A DNA stretch of 64,000 nt from assembly GCF_036971445.1 (NCBI RefSeq), contig NC_091471.1:101618001-101682000 (forward strand). Reading direction: 5' to 3'. The notes under the pieces are model-generated. The model was not told the DNA's origin and did not search any database. It saw only the letters and a list, made by a program, of their open reading frames with translations. Numbering within the stretch: the stretch's first letter is position 1; each line of letters starts with the position of its first letter. Positions 10,768 to 23,199 of the stretch are shown here, one piece after another. The stretch is from Narcine bancroftii. Lineage: Eukaryota. The position numbers and the translations under genes are program-made.

Positions 10768-12673
10768 TTGAAGGTGCAGGTGTACAAAGATGCAAAGAGC
10801 AGTGGGAAACTGGAAGATTGGGAAAACTTTAATAGACAACAAGGGGTTACAAAGCGGGTAATAAGAAATGGGAAAAAGGATTATGAAAGTAGATTGGCAC
10901 AAAATATAAAAACAGAAAGCAAAAAATTTTATAAATATATAAAACAGAAGAAGGTGGACAGAGTTAACATAGGACCCTTGGAGGATGAGAAAGGAAAACT
11001 GGTAGCAAAAAATGAGGAAATGGCCGAGGCACTAAACAAATATTTTGTGTCAGTCTTCATGGTGGAAGACATGTCCAGCATGCCCAAGTGCAGAGTTAAG
11101 GATGCGAATGTTGGGGAGGGCCTTGATAAAATAGTTGTTACAGAGGAAGTAGTGATGGAGAAACTAATGGGACTAAAGCCAGACAAATCACCTGGTCCTG
11201 ATGATATGCATCCAAGGGTTCTGAAGGAAATGGCAGAAGTTATAGTTGATGCATTGGTGGTCATATACCAAAATTCCTTGGATTCTGGGCAGGTCCCGGC
11301 AGACTGGAAGGCAGCAAATGTCACGCCACTTTTTAAGAAGGGATGTAGGCAGAAGACTGGAAATTACCGGCCAATTAGCTTGACGTCTGTAGTTGGAAAA
11401 ATGCTTGAAGCCGTCATTAAAGATGAAATAGTGAAACTTTTGGAACGTAAGGGTTCAATCAGGCAGACGCAGCATGGTTTTAGAAAGGGAAGATCTTGTT
11501 TGACAAATTTGTTAGGATTCTTTGAGGATATAATGGGTGCGGTGGATAGAGGGGAACAGGTTGATGTTGTATATTTGGATTTCCAGAAAACATTTGATAA
11601 GATGCCGCACAAGAGATTTATCAGTAAGTTACAGGAAAGTGGAGTCCGGAGAAGTATATTGGCCTGGATTGAAAATTGGTTGTCTGACAGGAGGCAGAGA
11701 GTCGGGATAAATGGGAGTTTTTCAGGTTGGCAGAGAGTGGTAAGTCGGATGCCGCAGGGGTCAGTGTTAGGCCCACAACTGTTCATCATTTACATTGATG
11801 ACTTGGAGGAGGGTACAAAGTGTGGTGCAGCCAAGTTTGCGGATGACACCAAATTGAGTGGAAGAGCAAATTGTAATGAGGATGTGGAGAGTCTAGAGAG
11901 GGCTATAGTTGAGATGGATGAGTGGGCAAAGGTCTGGCAGATGGAGTACAATGTTAGTAAGTGTGAGGTTATCCACTTTGGCAAGAAAAATAAAAGAGCT
12001 GTATATTATTTAAAGGGTGAAAAACTACAGCATGCTGTTGTGCAGAGAGACTTGGGAGTGCTTGTGCATGAATCGCAAAAAGTTAGGTTGCAGGTGCAGC
12101 AGGTTATTAAGAAGGCAAATGGAATGTTGGCCTTCATCGCTAGAGGAATTGAATTCAGGAGTAGGGAGGTAATGTTGCAACTGTATAAGGTACTGGTGAG
12201 ACCGCACCTGGAGTACTGTGTCCAGTTCTGGTCTCCATATTTGAGGAAGGATGTACTGGCTTTGGAGACGGTCCTGAGGAGGTTTACTTAGGTTGATCCC
12301 TGGGATGAAGGGGTTGACTTATGATGAAAAATTAAATCATCTAGGTTTGTATTCGCTCGAGTTCAGAAGAATGAGAGATCTTATAGAAACAAATAGGATT
12401 ATGAAGGGTATGGATGGGATAGATGTAGGATGGTTTTTTGAGCTGGCTGGGGAAACTAAAACCAGAGGACACAGTCTCAAGATTCGGGGGAGTAGATTTA
12501 GGACAGAGATGAGGAAAAATAATTTTTCCCAGAGAGTAGTGAATGTTTGGAATTCTCTAACCAGGGAAGTGGTTGAGGTTGCCTCATTAAACATATTTAA
12601 AATTCGGATAGATAAATGTTTACATGATAGAGGAATTAGGGGATATGGGGAGAAGGCAAGTAGGTGGAGTTAG
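10768..12673 (+). pseudogene. CR1 ORF2 reverse transcriptase (507-aa open stretch plus frameshifted C-terminus)
   Basis: KSPGPD, NYRPISLTS, QHGFRKGRSC, YLDFQKTFD, PQGSVLGP, KFADDTK, DLGV; frameshift at ~12290. Confidence 0.93.
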
Positions 12674-12909
12674 GTCATAAATTAGATCAGCCATGATCGT
12701 ATTGAATGGCGGAGCAGGCTCGATGGGCCATTTTTGGCCTACTCCTGTTCCTACTTCCTATGTTCCTATGTTCCTATGAGGGGCTGGCTCAGATTTATAT
12801 TCAGGTTTATATGACAGCCAGCCAGGTGGAGTCAATCCCTTAAGTGGTCTTCCTGCAGATACAAAGATTGCCCTCTGCAGTAGGCTGGTGGTCTGATCAC
12901 CACACCTCC

Positions 12910-13035
12910 AAACTCTATATGCTTTCAAAGGTGGGAGGAACCCCGAGCACACAGAAAAAAAACCTCACACAGGTTATGGGGAGAACATACAAACTCTTAA
13001 CAGATAGCGCCGCTAATCATGCCACCATTTGTTAG
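12910..13035 (-). mobile_element. SINE interrupted by the Gypsy provirus (other part at ~5678-5695)
   Basis: GACACCCAATTAACCTCC before the 3' LTR continues after the right TSD as ...GGTGGGAGGAACCCCGAGCAC...GGGGAGAACATACAAACTC, the reverse complement of the SINE body at 20720 and 40015. Confidence 0.7.
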
Positions 13036-14253
13036 AGGCTAAAAATTTGTAAGGTACACATGCTAGTCTAATTGTCATAGTCTAGTCTAGTCTCATAGTC
13101 TAATCTAATTGCTACTTAGAATTAAACTAAATTTGCCAAGCAGATTGTTTTCAGTAAATCAACATACTTTTGAATAATTCTTATTCATATTCACATATCA
13201 ATTAGAATGAAAGAGCCTTGGCCAGTATTGTTTGAATGAGAATGAAAGCTGTTCTCTCTGTTCTTCAAGGCACTGCAACATAAACTGTGGCAACCCAGCT
13301 TTTGTAAGCTGCACATGAGAGTCAGCTTTCCCACATCATGTAAATGTGGTGCACAGTGATGGCAGTACAAAGACAAGTGTTTTTATTTTACTTGACCCAT
13401 ACAGCATAAAAAGGCTCAAGGTCATGTTGTCAAAACAACTTTCAAATTTTTCTAAGTTTACTGTCGTTCCTCTCCAAACATGACTTGGATAAAAGCACTC
13501 TTCGTGCACCCCCCAGCTATGACCATGAACCATGTTAACTGCTATGGTGACACTTGGTGGTCTCCCACTTCACTCAGCTAGTTGCAGCTGTTTGAAAGGA
13601 CCCCTGCAGAAAACTGTGTGGACACAGCATATTGAAGTCTCCAGCTGTCAAATAACAAGGATTATCAGGACACCTCTTAGTGAGTAAAATTAAACACTGA
13701 GGGTTGAATGAGTATCAATTACAATGTTAAATGTGTGTAAACCAATCGGCTGCCATCCACAAGCAATCATGCATTCCACTCTAGTCAGAGCAGCATGGAA
13801 GCCAAAACCTGAATGTAGTAGTTTGAATTTTTCACAGATCATGAACCCAGAAAAAAAAAGATTCATCAAAGTAGTTGTACTTTTAACACACGCTTGCTGT
13901 TCTGAACATTGTTTATTTTTCAAGGGCACAAGGAAGGGATGTGATGGGGTTTTCCCGTAAAGACTCATTAGTATGGGAATGGCATCATTCATAGATTATC
14001 CATATGGGAAAAAGGCTATGATTTACAAATGTTAAATAAACCTCAGCTCCAATAATTTTTGATTGAGCTAGAGCAATAAGAGAACTTTTATTGCTTCCAA
14101 CTGGACCCTCTTTGCCAAGACACTGAGTAATTTAGAAGTTTAAAAAAATATATTTATAAACAATATACAGAAGTCTTGATGGTTTGCATGCCCAAATACT
14201 CAGAGAAATGAGGACAGATACAGCTACCAGTTTCTATACATATATATATATAT

Positions 14254-14450
14254 GCCTACCTCACTGACAAAAGGCAAAGGAGGAAAAACCCAACACCCAA
14301 CCCCAACCAACCAATTTTCCCTGGCAACCGCTGCAATCGTGTCTGCCTGTCCCGCATCGGACTGGTCAGCCACAAACGAGCCTGCAGCTGACGTGGACTT
14401 TTTACCCCCTCCATAAATCTTCGTCCGCGAAGCCAAGCCAAAGAAAAAAA
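14254..14450 (+). mobile_element. RTE LINE short 3' fragment
   Basis: Nearly identical to 23724-23917; A-rich tail; inserted in a (TA)n run. Confidence 0.88.
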
Positions 14451-17400
14451 TATATAAATGAAATCAATGGAACAGGAATGGTGACTAAGTACTGGAAAAC
14501 ATCAAATGTACCCTTATCATTAAAAGGGAGATAACAGTAACTCAAGGGACACATGACTAGCTAGCTTAATGTTACTGTTAGTCAACACACTAGAATCATT
14601 AGTGAAATATCCAAGACATGATTTAGAAATGGAGAAAATCATTTTTTTTAATTTATCAGGATTGTTTATGTTTAATTCCCTTTAGTGGATTCTTTGAAGA
14701 ATAAACAGAAAAAAAAAGGGAAAAAAGGATTTTCCTTTCTACGGTAATTTTCACAATGCCTATATGTCCAAAAGTGGTTCATCCCAAATGCACTCATTTG
14801 AAGAGTAGTTATTGTAATATAGGAAACATGGCAGCATAGAGAGCAATGATACCACAAAGTGCAATGAGGCAATGATTATCTGATTTAATAACATTGAGTG
14901 GGCTACTGGAGAGAACTCCCTGAGGTTTTCTTTGAATATCCCCCATTGAGATCTTATTTTATCTGAGGGGACTGGTTTCTGAAGCATAGCTTCTAGGCAA
15001 ATTAGTTCCTCCATTTGAAAAACGTAAGAGATACCTTGTGTTCATGTAATTTTATTGACCTGGGATAACAAATTACAAAGAATGAATTGCAGGCTGGTCC
15101 GGAGCGGAACAAACTCATGCTCAGGCACAGATTGTGTAATGATTTCTCGTGAAGTAACTTCATTTTGTACTCTCTAATAAAATAACATCACAGGATTTAA
15201 AATTACTCAGTTCTATTTTGTTTCCTGTAGTGGAAAGCCTTGTTACAAAGTGGATAACACACCAATCTAACTGATCCTGGTGACTCCACAGTTAAAGTTC
15301 CATCCTTTTCACCTATTATCAATCCAGCAAAAAAAAAACAGTGCTGGCGGAAAGCCAGTCTAATGCTATTTACTAAAAATTAAATTTCATTCCAAAAACA
15401 AAAGATGACTAAATTATTTGGATGAATATTTTCCATGCAATATTATGCTCCTGCTATTAAACAATGCTTCTAAAAGACCACATTTGAAAAATCTGCAGCG
15501 CTTTCTAATATCAATAAAGACTCTTGCTCTATCTCTTAGATGACTGTGAAACAAACATCTCTGACAGAAACTTACAAATCTTACTTCCTGCCTTCAGAAA
15601 TCTACGACAATTGATAATCAAAGACAATCCCACAGGGGATTGTGACCAAGTCAGGCAGGAAGATCAGACCAGGACACTGGAGACTAATAGTTGTATTAAT
15701 GCATTGTTGTTGAACAGAGTCACTGTTCAGAATGGAGACATTGATGGAAACAGGGAGCCTTGAGCACAAATGCCTTTAGTGACAATACAGTTCCTTAAGC
15801 ATCCCAGAGAAGAAGCCTAAGGGGCCTGAATATTTTGTCAGACAGAAATGGCCCTGAGGAACAAACTGAGAACATGTGGTGATCCCGATTGAGTACTTTT
15901 CTGAACTGATGCCTTTTTGGAGCAATATATTTTAATGAGGCTGGGGTAAAATTACACCAAACAAGAGAAAAATAGGAGCAGAGTAAAATGTTTTCATATA
16001 GTTCCATTGTCTGCAATTTTAAAAAAATGCTAATGCAAAATGAGTATTTTTCTTGGTTAAAAAGTCAAGCAGAGGAATTTCAAATGAACAAATCAAATAA
16101 GTTCATTTAAATAGCATAATTTAACTCCAGGAATATCAGTACTTTTTGAGAAGTGATTTCTCTTAGACACAAACAAGAATTTAGTTTACCTGTTTCTGGT
16201 TTAGCCAGGGTGAACTTTAGTTTTAAGACATTATAAACTAAAATTGAATGGTTTGGGTCAATATTCCCCTTAAACCCCAGCCACCTCACCACCATCCCTT
16301 TCACTCTCGCCACGTGGATGCCATTGGGGTGGAGCACATTCACCAGACCTGACCTGAAGCATCTGTTTCTGATAATTACCCCGAACTCAATGTAATTGTA
16401 TTGTGAACTAACCTCGGGAACCAAAAGAAGTTGTATTGGCCACCAGCTGTGGAACCATCTGACTGCTTTCAAAAATCAACAGTCAACAAACATCCAGTTC
16501 TAATGGGGGCCTGAAGAAAAGAGGCGTGTAGCTTTTCAAACCTTCAATAGTTTCACTGACTTAGCCTTCTCAATGGTCCGATCTAAGGAGGGCCAGGTGC
16601 AAAGTCAGTAAATCTGTGTATTATTTTGAACAGGCTCTTGCCTATTATAAGGTGAGGAGGTTGAGGCACAGGTTATGTGATTTTCATCTAAGTTGAATGT
16701 GAATTAAAAGCATACATTCACTCCAGATGCAAGGGCTCCATCCTCCAGCTGCCTAACTTCACAACTTCCCAATCACCTTCCACTGCAAGTGGGGAAGCTC
16801 TTAAAACTCTCAGTACAATGTAAGCACTGTATTCCCTCTGTAATTCCATTCTTTTATCCTCAGTTTTGCACTGAGCAGTTCCAGAGCAAAACTAAATGAG
16901 AATTGGTCCTGATACAGCAATATCTCCCGACAAAGTGACAATATTTTGTATCCAAATTCTAACATGCTGTGATGGGGACATAGAACCAGAGATGAACCAC
17001 TTCCTTCCAGGGAGAGTGACATTGGCAGCCCTTTCTCACAGTTTGAACATAAGGACATCCAATTGGTAATGCAGCAGCATTAATTCGAACTCAAGAGAAA
17101 GTTTCCTACCTTGACTCACTGCCGAGAGAGTAACATGACACTGGGTGGATGTATTTTACTCAGACAGTTGCAGAAGGAGTTGACGATTTCCAGATGAGCT
17201 ATCACAGATAGTTTTAACTTAAATTATGGTTTCTGTTATCCAAATGGATCAGGGACAAAAGCTGAGACTTCTTTGCCAGACATTTGTGTGTAATGTAGCT
17301 ACACTGATTATCAGTGGCAGTAATTGTACAAGAGCCATCAAGGCACTGAACAATAAACCACACAATCATCTAACCCCATTGAAAAGTACCCTAAGAAGGA

Positions 17401-17988
17401 CTGTGCAAATGTTTTTTTTTGTAGCTATTAAACTGATGTCACATAGGAACAGGTAGCAGTAATTCAGCCTATTGAACCCATCTTCTATTTTACTGGATCA
17501 GGGCTGGTATTTACCTTCTCTATATCGGCTCAGCTTTGTTCGATAGCTGTAGAAATCCTCTCGATAATGCAGAAAACACTAATGGTTCCAGAATCCTCAC
17601 TTTTGGGAATTTCCATTTCAGGTATTAAAACTGCCTGAGTAAACAACAATGAACAAGATCAAATGTTGTTTTTCTTCTTGAAAGTCAACCTAATTGAACA
17701 CACATTGCCACAAGAGAAAAATCAAAGGCTTAAATGGTTGGACATTTTGCCATTTATGATCATTTCATACATTGATTTAGGATTTTAGAATGAAGTGGGT
17801 TCGGGTTAAAACAACTTGATCTTGCCTTGGTAGTATTATATCCCCAGGTAATTCCAAGTAACACCAACCAAGTCTAACATTGCATTGCTCTCTCATGCCT
17901 CAGAGGAGTGCCAAGATCATTCACTAGAAATTCATCTGTCCCATACTAGGAATGATAATTGGAGTTGCCCTTTCCAAAACATGTAGTA

Positions 17989-18364
17989 CAGTGGTTTTCA
18001 AACTTTTTCTTTCCACTCACATACTACCTTAGGTAATCCCTATTGCCATGGGTACTCTGTGATTAGTAAGAGATTGCTTAAGGTGGTATGTGAGTGGAAA
18101 GAAAAAGTTTGAAAACCATTGTTTTATTCATACCTCATTGACTCATTATGTGCACGGTTTTATAACTCCAAAGGAAATGGGCCAATGACAATTTTTGTCA
18201 AGCAAAATATTTTAGTAACAATTGGGTTTAAAGCCATGGTTCTCAACCTCTTTTCCCCACTCATATACCACCTTAAGCAATCCTTTACATATCACAGAGC
18301 ACTTATGGCATAGGGATTTCTTAAAGTGGTATTTGAGTGGAAATAAAAAGTTTGAAAACCACAG
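17989..18364. mobile_element. Composite hAT-type MITE: two inverted palindromic units around a spacer
   Basis: CAGTGGTTTTCAAAC-type TIRs; units 17989-18121 and 18234-18364; outer flanks ATGTAGTA / ATGTAGGT (8-bp TSD, 6/8). Confidence 0.8.
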
Positions 18365-19859
18365 ATGTAGGTTTACAATCCTAGTATAACACCTGTGTCT
18401 CTTCTTTAGGCAACACATACAGTACTGTATATTTAAGGAAAACAGCAAGAAGCCTGGATAATGATCAATAAATTTTGCTCATCTCAAACTGGGCAACTAA
18501 TAAGTCAGAGCTTCAATCATTAAAGAGTTCCATGAAGCCCACACTATTGGTACAATGGATGGTATTAATGCCAGAGAGAGAGAGAGAGAGAGAGAAGCTG
18601 GAGAATGTCCCTCCCCTTCACTTCCACATTCCAGTTTCTCCATTGACCATCCACCTCTTTGACCAGGGTCTCAAAGTCTTGCTGGACAAGTTCTATTGGA
18701 AGGAATGGCAGTTACGCCAAGAGTGGCGGACAGGTCAGGGGTGCATATTGAGGATGGTGCTGCTGAAGATATTGTCATACAACAGTCAGAAGAGACAGGC
18801 AGGAGGTGGGAACAGACAAAATTCCCTTGGTAACACCCAGGATGAAGGCTCAGTTCATGCAGCATACTCATCTCAGCTGGATCACCACAGAGATAAGAAT
18901 GGTTCAGGAAAAGAAATAGCTGTGGATCTCATCTAATGTTCCTGCAGTAAATTGGAGTACAGTTACCAATTGCCAATCAGCTCCAGGGTGTCCAACCAGC
19001 AAATTGCAGCAGTTTGAGCAAAATACATGTGAACCTTTTTTCTGTTCTGAATGACCAGAGACAGATGTGATAGGGAAGAAAGGATGATGTTTGCCCGTCA
19101 ATGTGACATGGATTGAAGTTGATACATAATGTTCCACTTGGAAAAGCGATCTACACATTGTACAGTATCAGGAACTGCCTGGACTAATTTCTGGAATACT
19201 ACAATTCAGAAATACAAATTTTACTCCAGAAAATAAGATTAGATTAGATTCAACTTTATTGTCATTGTGCCAGAAAAATACAAAGCCAATGAAATTCAAT
19301 TAGTATCCAACCAGAAGTTTTAAAAAGTGTTATATATAATACATATACAAATATAATACCAAACTTCCACCACACAGAGCTAAAAATACCAGTGTTGTGT
19401 ATAAACATTTCTAAACATATTTGTCCAAGTAGATCTCAACCCTTTGGCATGGGGAAAGATACCCAACAACCATCAGATGAAGCAATCTAAGGAGGAGCAG
19501 GATCATTTAAATTAACAAAGTATGATGGCTGTCTATCCCATTTCCCAAGCTCCAATGAAAGGCATTGGATTTGATATGTAAATTGCCCAGAATCAAAATG
19601 TGATCTGAGTGAGGTACTCAGTTCCCTGGGTGTAGATGTTTCACTTCTCATTAGATAAACAGAGATCTGAGGATTGTCCAGTTTTGGCATGAATTCTAGG
19701 ATCTTCCCTCTGTGAATTGTTATTACTGACCTTGCCAGTGTACTCAAAGTCAGAGGAAGTTACGTATCAGAATTTCACTAATGGACATCTGGGCTGCAAC
19801 AAACACATCTTGAAGGTATGCTGTTGGAGTGGTACACAAAGCAGTCCTGGATTTCTTAA

Positions 19860-20065
19860 GTTTTTTACACAGAGGAATTGTGGGTCCCTGGAATTCCTTG
19901 CCAGAGATGGTGGTGGAGGCTGAAACAGACTCTTAGACAGACACATGGATGAAAGAAAAATAGAGGTTTTAGTACTTTTTTTAAAGAAGGAATATATGGG
20001 TTGGCACAACATCGAGGGTCAAAGGGCCTGTTCTGTGCTGTATTGTTCTATGTTCTATGTTCTGA
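19860..20065 (+). mobile_element. CR1 LINE 3' end
   Basis: FFTQR..WNSL-like segment and tail GGGCCTGTTCTGTGCTGTATTGTTCTATGTTCTATG. Confidence 0.7.
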
Positions 20066-20920
20066 CCAGTTGCCAAGCCTACATTTTCACAGAGAATTTT
20101 ATTGATTTCAAAACTTCACAGCTATCATAATCCTTCAAGGGTCCAGGACAAGATTTAGGCCAGAACTGCCATATGATTCTTGTGCTTGAAAAGAAGTCTG
20201 GTAAACCTCCTTCATCCTGGAGCATCAGGCACCCAGGCCAAGGCTTGGGCAATTCTCAGACTCTGCAGTTTCTTCCCACCCTGATAAATCTTTCCAGATG
20301 TCAGGTCAGTTCTGAGGGAAGCCAGGAACCAACTTTTTTTTCCCCTTCAAGTGCCAAGTCTGAGCTGAGAAGGCCAAGAATAACTTGAGGCCTCCATGTA
20401 TTCTCAGTCCAGTCTAATGTCAAGACTGGTTTCAAACCTGGGCTCAAGAATGCTCAAGGGTCTTTCTGGGCATCTTGGTTAACTCAAATTTATGGATATC
20501 AGAGATCTGAGGTTCTCATTGTTGGAAGAGAAAATCTCCTAATAACAAGACATAGAAAGAGCAGTAAAAACTGCACCTTATCACAGATATGGGAGATGGT
20601 CAAGAACAGAGCACAGTGGCAGAAGAAGGTTGACATGTATTGTTGGACTCACAGCAGAGACAGTGCCAAGAAATTATTTGAAGTCAAAGCAAGAATTAAA
20701 TGAGAACTAAACTAATAAGTGGCACGGTGAGTATAGTGGTTAGCACAACACTGTTACAGCTCAAGTGACTGTGTTTCGAATCTGGCGCAGTCTGTAAGGA
20801 GTTTGTACATTCACCCCATGTCTGTGTGAATTTGCTCTGGTTTCCTACCACCCTTCAAAATCTAAACTGGTTGTAGGTCAATTGGGTGTGATTGAACAGC
20901 ATGGGGTCATGGGCTGGAAG

Positions 20921-22232
20921 AGTGAAACACAAAAGTGTGCAGATTCTGTGATTGTAGTAAAAACACATTGAAATACTGGAGGAACTCAGCTGGTCTTGCA
21001 GCATCAATAGGAGATAGAAATACAGTATATATTGCCAATGTTTTGGGCCTGAGCCCTGCTTCAAGGAATATGCAAAGAATAAGCAAAAAAACAGGAAATC
21101 TCAGAAAAGAGACAGTGATGGCTGGGGGAGGAGTCCAGACCAACAAAAGGTGTTAATTGGCTATGATAAGGGGAAAAGTGAGAATTGATTTTGGCTGTGT
21201 GAAAGGAGACAGTGAGAGAGATAGAGCTAGGGAGAGGTGATGGGGGAGAAGTTGGGGGGATGATGGGGTAACAAAAGCCTGAAACGTCAATGTTAATGCC
21301 ATCTAGTTGGAGAGTGCCCAGAAGGAAGATGAAATGCTGTTCCTCTAATTTGCAGTTAGTCTCAGTCTGGCAATGCATGAGACCATGGACAGACATATCA
21401 GCAACAGAATGTCATGGGGAATCAAAATGGGTGGTGATTGGGACATCCTTGTTACTACGCTAGACAGAGCCGAGGTGCTCAACAAAGTGATCTTCCAGTA
21501 TTTGCCCAGTCTCTCCGATGTAGAGGAGACCACAATGGGAGCACCAGATGCAGTAGATGACCCCTGCAGATTCACAAGCGAAATGTTACTTCACTTGGTA
21601 GGACTGATTGAGGCCCTGAATGATGCTGAGGGAACTGGTGTGGGTGCTGTGGTGAATGTCTTTCCAAGCTGCCTGTTTCCCCTCTAGCGAGCTTTGCTGT
21701 ACTAACATTGGCTGTGCGTTATCTCTACTGTTAAGGACACTCCCCTTGGGTATAACTGTGTATGCACCTATTATCTTGCATTATTGTACCATAAGTTTCT
21801 GCTAATAAAAGCCATGATTATTGTTTGACATCATCTTTGTCTACTTCATCAACTGGCACTTCAGGTGCATCTCCTGCAGTCAAAGGAGTGGGCACTATGG
21901 GGACCATAGGTGGAGAGGGAGAAATTGACAATGGAGTCACAAAGCTAATGGTCCCTGCAGAAGGTGGAGAGGGGAGGAGGGGAATATGTCTAAGATTACA
22001 TACTAGGTGGCAGAAATAGCGGAGGAGGAGGAGTTGGATGCAGAGGCTAGTGAGGTATTTGTTAAGGACGTGAGGAATCCTGTCCTTGTTGCCTGTGGGG
22101 GCCAAGTCAGATGTGTGGGTAATGGAGGATAAGCAGGTGAGCGCTGAGTTGATAGTGGTACAGGGAAACCAATGTTGTTTGAAGAATGAGGATGTCTCTG
22201 ATGATCTGGCATGGAAGTCCTTGCCCTGGGTT
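20921..22232 (-). mobile_element. Penelope-like element, 5'-truncated (GIY-YIG endonuclease plus terminal repeat)
   Basis: Minus strand encodes FTCESAGVIYCIWCSHCGLLYIGET and KLEEQHFIFLLGTLQLDGINID; terminal repeat with a degenerate hammerhead core at 21035-21066; TSD CTGGAAG (20914-20920, 22233-22239). Confidence 0.85.
21648..21863 (+). mobile_element. Solo LTR (216 bp) inside the Penelope element
   Basis: TGTGGTG...CACTTCA; TATA-like GTATAAC; AATAAA at ~21804; perfect 5-bp TSD GGTGC (21643-21647, 21864-21868). Confidence 0.85.
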
Positions 22233-22974
22233 CTGGAAGGGCTTGTTGCCATGCTGTATGACTACAGGTAAATTTAAATTTAAAAATATTTTGAATTTAC
22301 ATTTAATCTATATTTGTTCACTATAAAATGACCAAGCCTTAATTTAATGTTTATAAATTAATATTTTCTGACATGGACATTTCCAAATATTGAATATGCT
22401 ACATTAAAGCAGAATACTATGGTGGACAGGGAATGTTTGAGTGTGAAATGTTCCTGAAACATCAACCAATCTCAATTAAGAATTTCTGGGAGTCTATGCA
22501 TATCATAACCTGAAAAAATTCTACCCATCAAATCTGTGCTTGTGGAGAACAAAGAAGGAAAATATTTTTAAGGTATGGTTCTGTACTTGGCGTTACATGC
22601 TGTAATGAAGAAAGCTGATGACTTGAACGAGATAAGCACACACCCGATTCACTATTCAGAGTATGAGATGGAGAATGGCTTTGATATAACAGTAGAGGCA
22701 TAGTCAACGGTTGTGTCCTCTGCAACTCGACACAGTTGTTCATTGTTTTATATTGAATCAAATTTAGGAAGGATTCATTTCTGGACAAGCAGAGAGTAAT
22801 TATTTCTCCAAGCTTTTTGTTTCGACTGTTGTAAAATCTGAAGCATAGAATCTAGTTTCAGATATTGTAGAGATGTGGAGATTTCCATCGGTGTAGGCTA
22901 GATATTTTAAACATTTGCAAAGATATTTCACACTAAATATGTAAATATATAGATACACAAAATTTGTAAAGATG

Positions 22975-23145
22975 TAGATACATAAAAGTGCTAGATAAAC
23001 TCAGCAGGCCATACAGCCTTTCATCAGGGGCTCAGTCCCGAATCAATGGTTATCCTTTTGCTTCCTGTAAATGCCCCATGTCCTGCAGAGATTCTCCAGC
23101 ACTTTTGAGTATCAAAATCACAGCATCTATAGTGTTCCTGTTTAA
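22975..23145. repeat. Penelope-terminal-repeat-derived foldback element (decayed)
   Basis: Arms GATACATAAAAGTGCT...CTCAGCAGG and CCTGCAGAG...AGCACTTTTGAGTATC, related to 20925-21066 and 28874-29058. Confidence 0.6.
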
Positions 23146-23199
23146 CTGTACATAGAAGACAATGCCCTGACCATTTTAAGCAAACCTATAATAGATATA

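Larger units (their letters stand above)
10195..12778 (+). mobile_element. CR1 LINE, 5'-truncated with an internal deletion, inserted in the Gypsy 5' LTR
   Basis: APE endonuclease then RT ORFs; 3' tail (TTCCTATG)3 at 12755-12778; LTR sequence resumes immediately after. Confidence 0.95.
5696..12904 (-). mobile_element. Complete but decayed Gypsy LTR retrotransposon (YLDN family); 5' LTR split by a CR1 insertion
   Basis: 3' LTR 5696-5931; 5' LTR 10072-10194 + 12779-12904; both TGTGG...CCACA. 5-bp TSD CCTCC at 5691-5695 and 12905-12909. PPT next to 5932. Order gag-PR-RT-RH-IN. Confidence 0.92.
20720..22290 (+). mobile_element. tRNA-derived SINE split by a Penelope insertion (parts 20720-20920 and 22233-22290)
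   Basis: Head with B-box-like GTTTCGAATC; body ends GGGCTGGAAG and resumes CTGGAAGGGCTTGTTGCCATGCTGTATG...AAATTTAAATTTAAA, as in the intact copy at 40015-40270. Confidence 0.75.

Noticed and set aside
10929-11984. Long minus-strand ORFs over the CR1 (and plus-strand ORFs over the Gypsy at 43242-46696)
   Set aside because: Antisense shadows of TE coding sequence; no independent protein motifs.
13578-13679. Possible 102-nt plus-strand exon (pyrimidine-rich CAG acceptor, GTGAGT donor)
   Set aside because: The one open frame (SCSCLKGPLQKTVWTQH...) resembles nothing I recognise; chance splice-like signals are common.
15620-15690. VTKSGRKIRP, resembling a Gypsy integrase tail
   Set aside because: Too short and unsupported by flanking domains or an LTR to annotate.
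18475-18936. 153-aa ORF in non-repeat-looking sequence
   Set aside because: Non-ATG start, runs through a (GA)n microsatellite, no recognisable domain or splice signals.
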